A stretch of 64,000 nt of DNA, from NCBI GenBank assembly GCA_018239895.1, contig JAFEGL010000045.1, forward strand, positions 72,656-136,655, in the 5' to 3' direction. Source of the DNA: Verrucomicrobiota bacterium (lineage in GTDB: Bacteria; Chlamydiota; Chlamydiia; Chlamydiales; SM23-39). This document shows, one piece after another, positions 25,288 to 35,703 of the stretch (the first letter of the stretch is position 1; each line of letters starts with the position of its first letter). The notes under the pieces were generated by a model, which saw only the letters and a program-made list of their open reading frames with translations, was not told the origin of the DNA and ran no database searches. A program made the translations under genes and the position numbers.

Positions 25288-25755
25288 ATGAATCAAACGG
25301 GTGGGATTTCTGCTAGGGGGGAGAGTCTTTTTATCGGGGCATCGGAGCTCCCAATTTTAAGCTATGCCCGATTTTACGATGTTTCGGAAGAAACGGAAAA
25401 GACAGACGCTGTAGTGACCCTGGTTTGCTTAACCTACGACCAGAAAATGGTTGCCATCGATATTGTTTTTAAAACGGATTCTCTGTTTCGAAAATTGATC
25501 CAAGAGCTTCAGCTAGCGAGAATTCCTTCAGGAAGATGCGAGCTCCAATTTGTCAGCAAGGCACACCGATGGATTATGATCCATCCCCACTGCCTAACAG
25601 TACTAGAAAAGCGTGATTATACTGGAACGTATACCCTTACCGAAACGAGTCAGATTACCAAGTACATTTGCGGAGACGTTCGGAAACAATATGGAGAATA
25701 TGGCAATTATGTCGGTCTGGGGCATGACGATTTTGAAAGGATACGGAGGATCTAG
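25288..25755 (+). CDS. orphan paralog family B, copy 1
   Basis: The N-terminal ~75 aa are paralogous to the next two ORFs (MNQTGGISARGESLFIGASELPILSYARFYDV...VAIDIVFKTDSL). The start is taken at the second ATG, which has GAGGTG upstream. Confidence 0.65.
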   Translation: MNQTGGISARGESLFIGASELPILSYARFYDVSEETEKTDAVVTLVCLTYDQKMVAIDIVFKTDSLFRKLIQELQLARIPSGRCELQFVSKAHRWIMIHPHCLTVLEKRDYTGTYTLTETSQITKYICGDVRKQYGEYGNYVGLGHDDFERIRRI

Positions 25756-25757
25756 AG

Positions 25758-26129
25758 ATGAATCCAGTATCGGGAGTAAATGTTCGAGGAGACCTTTTCT
25801 TTGTTGGGAAAGTGCAACTGCCCATCATGAAAAGGGCGAGGATATATGAAATTCATGAGAACAAAAGACTGTCCATCTATTTCGAGGATTTAGACGGAAA
25901 AGGGGTTCTCATTGATTTAATTCGAAAAACTGAAGCTCTGACTCAGACAATGGCCAATAAACTCCACACAGTTGGTTTATCTGAAGTGAAATTCTTTGTC
26001 CCTATGGCTGTCAGAAGGCACTTTGTGATTTTCGAAGAGTGTTTCCATTTTTACGAGCAAAAAGGCGCTGAAAGATCTCTTGTAAATTTACAGGAAATCT
26101 CCAATTCAATTTTAGGAAAAAAATCATGA
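25758..26129 (+). CDS. orphan paralog family B, copy 2
   Basis: MNPVSGVNVRGDLFFVGKVQLPIMKRARIYEI...VLIDLIRKTEAL. Starts 2 nt after the stop of copy 1. Confidence 0.65.
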   Translation: MNPVSGVNVRGDLFFVGKVQLPIMKRARIYEIHENKRLSIYFEDLDGKGVLIDLIRKTEALTQTMANKLHTVGLSEVKFFVPMAVRRHFVIFEECFHFYEQKGAERSLVNLQEISNSILGKKS

Positions 26130-26737
26130 ATCAATTACAACCGTCAAACGATTTCAGTTTTGGAAAGTGGAAACTTCCTATCAGGGATCATATCCGTTCC
26201 TATTCGATCATCGATTCTAAGAAAATGTCCCTTTCTCTTTACTCCAATTTGGGGACTCAATCCAAAGTTCGGATTGATTTGATTGCTAAAACAGAGCAAG
26301 CGATCCAAGATGCAATCAAGCAGCTAAATGGAGTACCTAATGAACAGATACCTGCGCCAGCAGGGGCTTTTCCTTGGTGTCAGCTGGAAGAAGAATCAGT
26401 AGGTATGGTCGTCGCGAACTACGTGGCCATCGTGAAAGATGAATCTCCGCTCATCGATGCAGTGCTAGGTCCTGAAAAAAAGTCGACAGCTCAAAAGTTT
26501 CATCCTGTTTACGTTAATTTGACCAAAGCTTTTGACGATCCTCAGTGGGTCTCGGTCGTAGGAAAAATTGCGATGCTCTTTGAAAGTGCTTTGGGAGTTG
26601 AAAATGGATTGTATTTCACTCCGGAGGAAGGAGATCAGATTATAGCTGCACAAGAGTATATCCGTCTGTATGTGAACGGAAAAGGACATGCCGACAAAAT
26701 AAGAGTGAGCCAGCTCCTACAAGATCTGAAAGCTTGA
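26126..26737 (+). CDS. orphan paralog family B, copy 3 (with an extra C-terminal ~120 aa)
   Basis: MNQLQPSNDFSFGKWKLPIRDHIRSYSII...VRIDLIAKTEQA. 4-nt ATGA overlap with copy 2. Confidence 0.65.
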   Translation: MNQLQPSNDFSFGKWKLPIRDHIRSYSIIDSKKMSLSLYSNLGTQSKVRIDLIAKTEQAIQDAIKQLNGVPNEQIPAPAGAFPWCQLEEESVGMVVANYVAIVKDESPLIDAVLGPEKKSTAQKFHPVYVNLTKAFDDPQWVSVVGKIAMLFESALGVENGLYFTPEEGDQIIAAQEYIRLYVNGKGHADKIRVSQLLQDLKA

Positions 26738-26801
26738 GTCTTTAACATAAAATTTATAAAAGATTAGAAAATAATTTACGAAATGGGTATTCTCGCGATC
26801 A

Positions 26802-27224
26802 GTGAGGATACCCATGAACCGATTGATTTTAGCTTTGCTGTTGCTCTTCCCTTTCTCTTCTTTGAAGAGCGAAATCGCCAAATTCGACGAAGAAGATATG
26901 AGGCTGCTTCTCGCTTCAGATCCAATCGCTTTATTTACTTTTCCGCCGATCTATGCATTCAGCCAAGGAGTTCAATTGGCGAAAGAAAATGGGTACCGCT
27001 ACTTCTCCTTCATCTATTACGAGGGGAATTTCAATCAGTTCAAGACAGTTACCCACTTCAAACCAAAGATTGGGACAGGGAAGGTATTGAAGTACGAAGA
27101 CAGATGGATGTATTTGGAAATAGTTGGCTATACAGAACCTCCCAAAGAGAGGGAAGTGTTCGATGTAAACCACTATCGTGTCTTATTTTACGACGATGAC
27201 ATCGACGACCTAAAATCAGAGTAG
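26802..27224 (+). CDS. hypothetical secreted protein
   Basis: Signal-peptide-like MNRLILALLLLFPFSSLKS (an alternative start is at 26814). Preferred over the overlapping frame 26783-27199, which lacks such features. Confidence 0.55.
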   Translation: MRIPMNRLILALLLLFPFSSLKSEIAKFDEEDMRLLLASDPIALFTFPPIYAFSQGVQLAKENGYRYFSFIYYEGNFNQFKTVTHFKPKIGTGKVLKYEDRWMYLEIVGYTEPPKEREVFDVNHYRVLFYDDDIDDLKSE

Positions 27225-27274
27225 AAGAATAAAAAGGTCTCCTTTAAAATGGATCTCCATTTAAAAGGTCGCGT

Positions 27275-27676
27275 ATGAATCAGTTGAACGTTTATCTTTA
27301 CCGCAAAGAATTAAGTCCCGATTCGATTGTAGGAGGGTGTTTAGACATCTGGAGTAAGGTGACTCCAGAAAACTTTGCTTCTGTTGTTAATTTAACGCCA
27401 GGATCCCCCAAATCCCAGAGTAAAAATTGGGCTCCGGTCCCTTTTGAAAAAGAGAATGTCTGTGTAGGCGATATGTTGGTCGTCAAAGCGGCAAGCGATA
27501 TGCTCAGCCGAGCGATTGTCTTTAGAAAAAATCTCGTTATGTATGTCGATGGGAAGAGGGCTATATTCGAGGAGATGGAGAGGTATTTGTCGAGATTTCA
27601 ACCATTGCCTCGAGCCCCAAGTCCTCTGCCATCTATTTCAGAAATGATCTCGAAGGCTTACCCCCTCCTTAAATAG
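27275..27676 (+). CDS. hypothetical protein
   Basis: 133-aa ORF with no motif recognised. Confidence 0.5.
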   Translation: MNQLNVYLYRKELSPDSIVGGCLDIWSKVTPENFASVVNLTPGSPKSQSKNWAPVPFEKENVCVGDMLVVKAASDMLSRAIVFRKNLVMYVDGKRAIFEEMERYLSRFQPLPRAPSPLPSISEMISKAYPLLK

Positions 27677-27680
27677 GAAA

Positions 27681-28271
27681 TTATTTGGCAAGGACCCAGA
27701 AAAAGAGAAATGTGGCGGCGATTTTTGCGCCGATGACGAGCATGACTCGATGAAAGTGGCGGTCGAGAAAGGTTTTCACAGATTCTCCCCACAGCACCAT
27801 AGCCCCTCCCACCAAAGAGAAGCGCAAGAAACGAGCTGCAGCTAAGCAGCAGAGGAAGGGGAAGAGACCTAGATGGAAAACCCCCGCCGAGAGGCTGAGC
27901 GCCTTCAATGGGAAGGGGAGAAGGGAGCCTAAAAACACGGCCCAATTCTCATATTCTTGGAAGTGGCCCGAAATCCTCTCAAAAAGGCTCGACGAGATAA
28001 AGTGAGGGACGACGTAGGGGCCGATCAGATCCCAGAGGAAGTGACCCAGAAGATAGCCGACCAATCCGCTGAAAATCGACGCGGCACCTGCGATCAGTAC
28101 ATAGTAAAAAGTTCTTTGCCTATTTTGAAGGCAGAAAAACATTAAAACGGCGTCCAACGGAATAAAGAGAAAAAGCTCGAGGGAAAAGAGGACTGCGATC
28201 CAAAGGGGGGCAAGCCTCGAATTGGCCTTCTGGATGGCCCAATGATAGAGCTTGGCAGTTCCTGCTTTCAT
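27681..28271 (-). CDS. YqaA/DedA-family integral membrane protein
   Basis: 196 aa with several TM helices. The N-terminus (LYHWAIQKANSRLAPLWIAVLFSLELFLFIPLDAVL) resembles YqaA-type proteins. Confidence 0.65.
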   Translation of the reverse strand: MKAGTAKLYHWAIQKANSRLAPLWIAVLFSLELFLFIPLDAVLMFFCLQNRQRTFYYVLIAGAASIFSGLVGYLLGHFLWDLIGPYVVPHFISSSLFERISGHFQEYENWAVFLGSLLPFPLKALSLSAGVFHLGLFPFLCCLAAARFLRFSLVGGAMVLWGESVKTFLDRHFHRVMLVIGAKIAATFLFFWVLAK

Positions 28272-28314
28272 GCGCTATACTATACCAGATTATTACTCTC
28301 TCTTACAGCCCAAA

Positions 28315-29379
28315 ATGAATCTTCCTGAGAAGTTAAGTAAAAATTTTATTCGCAAGGATGCCCACGGTTGTCCTACGCTTCTCCTCGCCCCCATGGAAGG
28401 GGTTGGAGATCGGGCCTTTCGGCGCGCTATGGCCTCGATTGGCGGCTTCGATCAGGCCTGCACCGAATTCATCCGGGTTCCCACCAATGCCCATATCCCA
28501 AGTCTTTGCAAAGAATACGTAGCCAATGAGACGCACCCGATCCCTCAGGCGGCTCAGATCATGGGATCGGACCCCCATCTGATGGGAGAGATGGCCCGAG
28601 CGATTGCTGCGCGGGGAGCGCCTCGGATCGATCTAAATTGCGGGTGCCCCTCCAACACGGTCACGGGGCGCGGCGCCGGATCGAGCCTTCTAAAAACACC
28701 CGAACTCTTGAACGAGATCGCAAGCTCCATGGTGAAGGCAGTCTCAATTCCTGTGACGGCCAAGCTCCGATCGGGCTACACCGACATTTCCCTTTTCCGA
28801 GAAAATCTCCTCGCTGCGCAAGAGAGCGGCATCGCCTTCCTCACTCTCCATCCCCGGACCAAAGTGGATGGATACGGTCCGCCAGCCCGGTGGGACCTGA
28901 TCGCCGAGGCGAAGTCGATCCTCACCATTCCGCTCGTTGGCAATGGAGATATCTTAACGGTAGCTGATGCCCACCGGATGCTTGAGCAGACAAAATGCGA
29001 CGCCCTCATGATCGGAAGGGGAGCTGTGATCAATCCCTGGATTTTCCAAGAGATCAAGGCCTCTTTTGCCGGTACAGTCTACGAAAAAACAGAAAAGTCG
29101 CTCGATCTTTTTTACCAAACATTCATCGCCGACATCCCTGAAGAGATCCCCGTCCGAACACGGATCAACAAATTGAAGCAGATCGCGAGTTTTCAATTCC
29201 GGGCGAATGAGGAATTGCTCGCACTCCGTTCAACTGTGTTAACTGGCGCATACCAAAACGAACACGAATTTCTGGAAAGGACTCTCCCTCTCCTAAAAAA
29301 GGTTTTATTTACCGATTCGAATCGCCGTAGAGAAGTTTTTGGGGAAGATTCTGAAACGAGACAGCTCCTGAATCGCTAA
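28315..29379 (+). CDS. dus: tRNA-dihydrouridine synthase
   Basis: LLLAPMEGVGDRAFR, DLNCGCP and HPRT motifs. The start is uncertain (28252, 28270 or 28315). Confidence 0.85.
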   Translation: MNLPEKLSKNFIRKDAHGCPTLLLAPMEGVGDRAFRRAMASIGGFDQACTEFIRVPTNAHIPSLCKEYVANETHPIPQAAQIMGSDPHLMGEMARAIAARGAPRIDLNCGCPSNTVTGRGAGSSLLKTPELLNEIASSMVKAVSIPVTAKLRSGYTDISLFRENLLAAQESGIAFLTLHPRTKVDGYGPPARWDLIAEAKSILTIPLVGNGDILTVADAHRMLEQTKCDALMIGRGAVINPWIFQEIKASFAGTVYEKTEKSLDLFYQTFIADIPEEIPVRTRINKLKQIASFQFRANEELLALRSTVLTGAYQNEHEFLERTLPLLKKVLFTDSNRRREVFGEDSETRQLLNR

Positions 29380-29857
29380 AAGAGAGGACCCAAAAACGGT
29401 CGTAGGTATCTTCAGACCATCTTTTGGGGATCTCTTTTGCGCCGAACAAGCTCGCAATCTGCGGAAGTTCTGTGTGGGGCCAGCAAATGAGAACAGTCTT
29501 TCCTTCGTAGTCTTCCGAACTCATGATTTCTTGAACGAGCGGCTCTATTTGACCGAGCGCAAATTGATTGTGCAGGGGCAAATCGAGCTCTTCTGCCAAC
29601 ACGAGGACGGTCTGTACCGAGCGGACCGAAGGGTCTGTTGCCGTCGGCTTCATCGCGTAGATCGCAGCGGGCTGTCCATTTTGGAGCAAAAGGGGAGAGC
29701 CTAAAAAGCTCGGCACAAGTGCCGCAGCTCGTTGGCGCCCTTTCAGCGACAGATAATTTCCCTGCGCAGGTTTTTCGGCGTGTCGGATTAAAATTACCTG
29801 AGATGGTTGAGACCAAATTGATGTTGCAGCGAGGCAAATAGCAAACAAGTATTTCAT
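29309..29857 (-). CDS. histidine phosphatase family protein with a signal peptide
   Basis: MKYLFAICLAATSIWSQP is followed by VILIRHAEKP. Convergent overlap of 71 nt with dus. Confidence 0.7.
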   Translation of the reverse strand: MKYLFAICLAATSIWSQPSQVILIRHAEKPAQGNYLSLKGRQRAAALVPSFLGSPLLLQNGQPAAIYAMKPTATDPSVRSVQTVLVLAEELDLPLHNQFALGQIEPLVQEIMSSEDYEGKTVLICWPHTELPQIASLFGAKEIPKRWSEDTYDRFWVLSFSDSGAVSFQNLPQKLLYGDSNR

Positions 29858-29940
29858 ATTTTGTGAATTTATCAGATTGACGATTCTTTGCAAATCTTGT
29901 ATTCAGTGATGAAGGTGATTTTTCAATTCTTAGGAGGATT

Positions 29941-31404
29941 ATGCAAAGAAACATCGAGGCTCAACCGAGGGGGTTGTTCCTTCTCTTTTTCACAGAGTTG
30001 TGGGAACGCTTCGGTTTTTACACTTTGCAGACGATCATCGTCCTCTACTTAAGCAAAGCGCTCCTCTTCACAGACGAAAAAGCCTATCTTCTCTACGGAA
30101 CGTTTAGCTCCCTTCTCTACATGACGCCAGTTTTTGGTGGGTATCTCGCCGACCGGTTCATCGGATTTCGGCAGTCGATCAATTTGGGAGGCATCCTCTT
30201 ATTCCTCGGCTACCTATTCCTGGCCGTCTCCGGAACAGAGTGGCTCTTCACGGGCCTTAGCCTCGTGATTGTTGGAAACGGCCTCTTCAAACCCAACGTC
30301 TCGAGCATAGTCGGGGAACTATACGGTCCAGAAGATCCTCGAAGAGATGGAGGATTCACCCTTTTCTACATGGGGATCAACATCGGAGCTCTCGTTCCTC
30401 CGCTCATCGCTGGAGCGATCATCTCCGCCTACAGCTGGAGCGCCGGGTTTTTCCTCGCCGCCATCGGCATGGGCATCGGCATGGTCACTTTCTGGTTGGG
30501 CCGGCACAGATTGGGCCATGCGGGGGGTATTCCAAGCATCAGCCCGCTCCACAAAGGCCACCACAAAAAGTGGGTTTTCTACATGGCCCTCCTCATTGGC
30601 ATCGTCCTTGCGACTGTGGTATTCCACCTTCTTCTCAAACATCCGAGAGAAGCCGATTGGATCTTGGCGATTGGCGCCCTCGCGATCATCGGGATGGTCC
30701 TCTATTACTTAATCAAAGAGCGGCCGGAGCAAAGACGCAAACTATGGGCTTGCTTGATCCTGATCTTGATCTCCGTCGGTTTTTGGTCTCTTTACAACCA
30801 GACTTTTACCTCGATGATGCTCTTCGCCGACCGGAACATGTCGAAAGAGTTTCTCGGCTTTACCATCGACGCCGAGTTCACCCAGTTTTTCAACCCGTTC
30901 TTCATCATCCTTCTCAGCCCGTTCCTCAGCTGGCTTTGGGTCCGGCTAGACCGAGATAAACTCAACCCGACGACGCCAAGCAAATTCTCTTTAGGTATTC
31001 TCTTCATGGCGGTCGGCTACCTCGTCCTCGGCGGAGCGACCTATCTCTTCCCAGAACAGGGGATGTCCTCGCCCTGGTGGCTCGTCCTCAGCTATTTCTT
31101 CCAAACGGTCGGCGAGCTGCTCCTCTCTCCAATCGGTCTGGCGATGATCACCCGCCTTTCGCCGCGCCACCTTGTCGGTATGATGATGGGCGTCTGGTTC
31201 TTAGTCCAGTCGGCCTCGTTTGCCATCGGCGGCGGCCTCGCCACCATCGCAGATGTCCCAACTACAGACACGGTCGTCCAATCGCTGTCGATTTACTCGG
31301 GAGCTTTCCTAATTTTCGGCGTGGTCTCCGTCATCCTCGCCATCATCAGCTTCTGCCTCGTCCCCTATCTCAAGAAGCTGATGGAATCCCCCCACCATCA
31401 TTAA
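29941..31404 (+). CDS. POT/PTR2-family proton-dependent oligopeptide transporter
   Basis: ELWERFGFY, GGYLADRFIGFRQSI and FYMGINIGA motifs, with about 14 TM segments. Confidence 0.9.
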   Translation: MQRNIEAQPRGLFLLFFTELWERFGFYTLQTIIVLYLSKALLFTDEKAYLLYGTFSSLLYMTPVFGGYLADRFIGFRQSINLGGILLFLGYLFLAVSGTEWLFTGLSLVIVGNGLFKPNVSSIVGELYGPEDPRRDGGFTLFYMGINIGALVPPLIAGAIISAYSWSAGFFLAAIGMGIGMVTFWLGRHRLGHAGGIPSISPLHKGHHKKWVFYMALLIGIVLATVVFHLLLKHPREADWILAIGALAIIGMVLYYLIKERPEQRRKLWACLILILISVGFWSLYNQTFTSMMLFADRNMSKEFLGFTIDAEFTQFFNPFFIILLSPFLSWLWVRLDRDKLNPTTPSKFSLGILFMAVGYLVLGGATYLFPEQGMSSPWWLVLSYFFQTVGELLLSPIGLAMITRLSPRHLVGMMMGVWFLVQSASFAIGGGLATIADVPTTDTVVQSLSIYSGAFLIFGVVSVILAIISFCLVPYLKKLMESPHHH

Positions 31405-31408
31405 AAAT

Positions 31409-31503
31409 CAGTCGGGGCTTTGCCCCGACTACGCTCCCCTGCCCCTGCCCTTGCCCCTGCCTATGGGGCAGCGGGGGGCTTCGCCCCGACTGCGCTCCCC
31501 TGC
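31409..31503. repeat. left GC-rich repeat of the four-helix-bundle cassette (hairpin agtcggggc-ttt-gccccgact plus one unit in inverse orientation to the right repeat)
   Basis: The sequence gcgctcccctgcccctgcccttgcccctgcctatggggcagcggggggcttcgccccgactgc is the reverse complement of the units at 31941-32095. C-tracts at 31436-31457 form a G4 motif on the minus strand. Confidence 0.85.
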
Positions 31504-31857
31504 ACCAGACTTCTTAGCCAACTTTATCAACATGGCTACGATTGTTAATACAAACTCACGTCCTCGCAAGTAATTTGATTCATCGATTATTCCTAGTTGT
31601 CTACACACATCAAGTATCGCAGCACATTCAGTCGCTGATCTTTTTGCCATTCGGTAAAATCGACACTTCTCCTGAACTGCGAATTCTCCAGCACCTTCTG
31701 CAATATTTAACGACACTGATAAACCTGCTCGCTGAAATTGATCAACTAAATAAGCTCTTCCTCGAGGCAACTCCTTCACAATCTCATCAATCAATCCAAC
31801 GAATTTGATGGATGTTTGATAAACCTCCATTTTTTCATGATCAAAATATCGCATCAT
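31429..31857 (-). CDS. four-helix-bundle protein (23S rRNA intervening-sequence protein / Avd family)
   Basis: QFQRAGLSVSLNIAEGAGEF...AKRSATECAAILDV matches the family signature (QlrRAa.Si.lNIAEG ... A.gS..E). The last ~22 aa (GERSRGEAPRCPIGRGKGRGRGA) are encoded by the flanking repeat. Confidence 0.8.
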   Translation of the reverse strand: MMRYFDHEKMEVYQTSIKFVGLIDEIVKELPRGRAYLVDQFQRAGLSVSLNIAEGAGEFAVQEKCRFYRMAKRSATECAAILDVCRQLGIIDESNYLRGREFVLTIVAMLIKLAKKSGAGERSRGEAPRCPIGRGKGRGRGA

Positions 31858-31940
31858 CCTTGTCTCTCCTTGTCCGTGTGTATGAAGACAAAATATGATC
31901 TGTTGTTAGCGAGTTCTTTTCATTGATTTATTTTTTAAGG

Positions 31941-32095
31941 CAGTCGGGGCGAAGCCCCCGCTGCCCCATAGGCAGGGGCACGGGCACGGGCACGGGCAGG
32001 GGAGCGCAGTCGGGGCGAAGCCCCCGCTGCCCCATAGGCAGGGGCAAGGGCACGGGCAGGGGCACGGGCAGGGGAGCGCAGTCGGGGCGAAGCCT
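31941..32095. repeat. right GC-rich tandem repeat (2.2 units of ~66-72 bp) with (GGGCAN)n microrepeats and G-quadruplex motifs
   Basis: Units start at 31941, 32007 and 32079 (cagtcggggcgaagcccccgctgccccataggcagggg...). G4 motifs are GGGGCACGGGCACGGGCACGGGCAGGGG at 31975-32002 and a second at 32041-32074. Confidence 0.9.
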
Positions 32096-32100
32096 GCTTT

Positions 32101-32781
32101 TTAGAAGAAGCCGGGGAAGAAGGGGAGAGGGACGCCGCCGGGGACGTACTCGAAGGGGCTGATTGTCTGGAGAAGCTGGTTGAGATTAACCCGCTTGAAC
32201 ACGTCTTGCATCATGAGACGGAAAAGGAGCTTTTCGATATCGGAGAGGGGTAACCCCTCTTGGTTGGAGATATTCGCGAATTCGATCCGCTCAATCGGTT
32301 CGAACCGTTTGACTGAGCCGTCAGCTTGGGTGATCTGGACGGTGATGTTTTTCAAGACTAGGCTTTTGATCAGAAAGTTTCTCGCTTTTTGAGACTGCTT
32401 CTTTTTACTTTTGGTCAAAATGTGGGACCAGTTGTTGTTCGAGCCATCTAGATTATAAAATTCGATGCCGACAACGATGTTGTCCATCTCGATCAAGTCG
32501 ATGATGAGCGGATCGGTTAGGATCTTTTTGAGAGATAAATCGATCTCAACTTGATCGGCTGAAAAGGAGGTTTGAGTTTTAGATTGGGTTGGGTTGCCCG
32601 CCCAGAGGCGGATGAATTGCGATTGGTCCATCCCCAGTTTAAGAGAGCGGATTTTCACCGGGATATGGAGCTGCTTGGCGAGGAAGTTGGAGACGATGTG
32701 GGTCCTATTTCCCCAGGCGACTAAAGCGGAGAGGAGAAGGCCGAGGACGATGACGCCAAGAAAGGTGAACGTATTTTTCAT
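32101..32781 (-). CDS. membrane-anchored hypothetical protein (paralog of 32851-33534)
   Basis: N-terminal TM helix, and shared blocks with its divergent neighbour (DLIEMDNIVVGIEFYNLDGSNNNW vs DLIDLENIFLSVEFKDSMGTSNNW; LVLKNITVQI vs LVVRNLTIEI). Confidence 0.65.
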   Translation of the reverse strand: MKNTFTFLGVIVLGLLLSALVAWGNRTHIVSNFLAKQLHIPVKIRSLKLGMDQSQFIRLWAGNPTQSKTQTSFSADQVEIDLSLKKILTDPLIIDLIEMDNIVVGIEFYNLDGSNNNWSHILTKSKKKQSQKARNFLIKSLVLKNITVQITQADGSVKRFEPIERIEFANISNQEGLPLSDIEKLLFRLMMQDVFKRVNLNQLLQTISPFEYVPGGVPLPFFPGFF

Positions 32782-32850
32782 GCAAGTCTAGTAATAAAGG
32801 ATTCAAAAAAAATCCACAATGGTTCATCTAGAGGAAAAGGAGAAAAGCTC

Positions 32851-35159
<2,309 letters not shown>

Positions 35160-35181
35160 TCAAATTTCTCCTTAATAAATT

Positions 35182-35496
35182 TTATTCTTCAATGATTGCA
35201 ATGATGTCGTCGCCTTTGAGGATCATGTACTCTTCATCATCGAGAGTGATCTCCTGGCCAGAGTATTTGTCCATTAAGACGATATCGCCAACTTTGACAG
35301 GCGCTGGGATGACTTTGCCGTCATCGGTTTTTGTGCCTGGACCGACTGCAACAACTTTCGCAGTCTCTTGTTTTTTCTTTGCGGAATCGGGAAGGATGAT
35401 GCCGCCTTTTAGAGTTTCTTGGGGTTCCAACCGCTGGACTAGGACGCGGTTGCCGAGTGGTTTCAGCGTGATTTTCTTTTCAGCTTGCTGGGCCAT
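35182..35496 (-). CDS. groES: co-chaperonin GroES (10 kDa)
   Basis: 104 aa with LKPLGNRVLVQRLE...GGIILPDSAKKK, located immediately upstream of groEL. Confidence 0.95.
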   Translation of the reverse strand: MAQQAEKKITLKPLGNRVLVQRLEPQETLKGGIILPDSAKKKQETAKVVAVGPGTKTDDGKVIPAPVKVGDIVLMDKYSGQEITLDDEEYMILKGDDIIAIIEE

Positions 35497-35605
35497 GTTG
35501 TTCTCCTTGTGTTTTTCGCTTTTAAACTTAATAGTTTATAGGCGGTTTCGATCATTTAAATCTACAAAGGAATATACTGAAGTATGCGTTTTTTTGCAAC
35601 AGAAT

Positions 35606-35632
35606 TTAGCAGAATCTGCGCTCAATTGCTAA
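35606..35632. promoter_or_regulatory. CIRCE-like inverted repeat TTAGCA-N15-TGCTAA upstream of groES (outer half-sites only)
   Basis: The outer hexamers and the 15-nt spacing match the HrcA operator consensus TTAGCACTC-N9-GAGTGCTAA. The inner triplets (GAA/AAT) do not match. It lies ~110 nt upstream of the groES ATG. Confidence 0.4.
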
Positions 35633-35703
35633 CCGCATCAGTTATTTTTGGGGCGAGTAATTTAGAGTGCTTGAGCGTGAACCACTTAAGTAAGGAGAAA
35701 CCG

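Noticed and set aside
26783-27199. 138-aa ORF overlapping 26802-27224 in another frame
   Set aside because: The alternative frame has a convincing signal peptide and a more protein-like composition. Only one of the two can be real.
31429-31857. Diversity-generating retroelement, because Avd proteins belong to the same four-helix-bundle family
   Set aside because: No reverse transcriptase ORF and no template/variable repeat pair with adenine-specific differences is visible anywhere in the window.
31941-32095. Possible CRISPR array
   Set aside because: The units are directly adjacent (2.2 copies of ~66-72 bp) with no unique spacers, there are no cas genes, and an inverted copy lies on the other side of a gene. 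This is a tandem/inverted repeat, not a CRISPR.
31923-32162. 79-aa ORF reading through the tandem GC-rich repeats (GRSPRCPIGRGTGTGTGRG...)
   Set aside because: Its sequence is just the translation of the repeat units. It has no start context and it overlaps the 3' end of the neighbouring gene.
35584-35703. N-terminal 40-aa extension of pepF starting at 35584
   Set aside because: The extension would run through the CIRCE-like site and the groES promoter region. The ATG at 35704 gives a normal-length PepF N-terminus.
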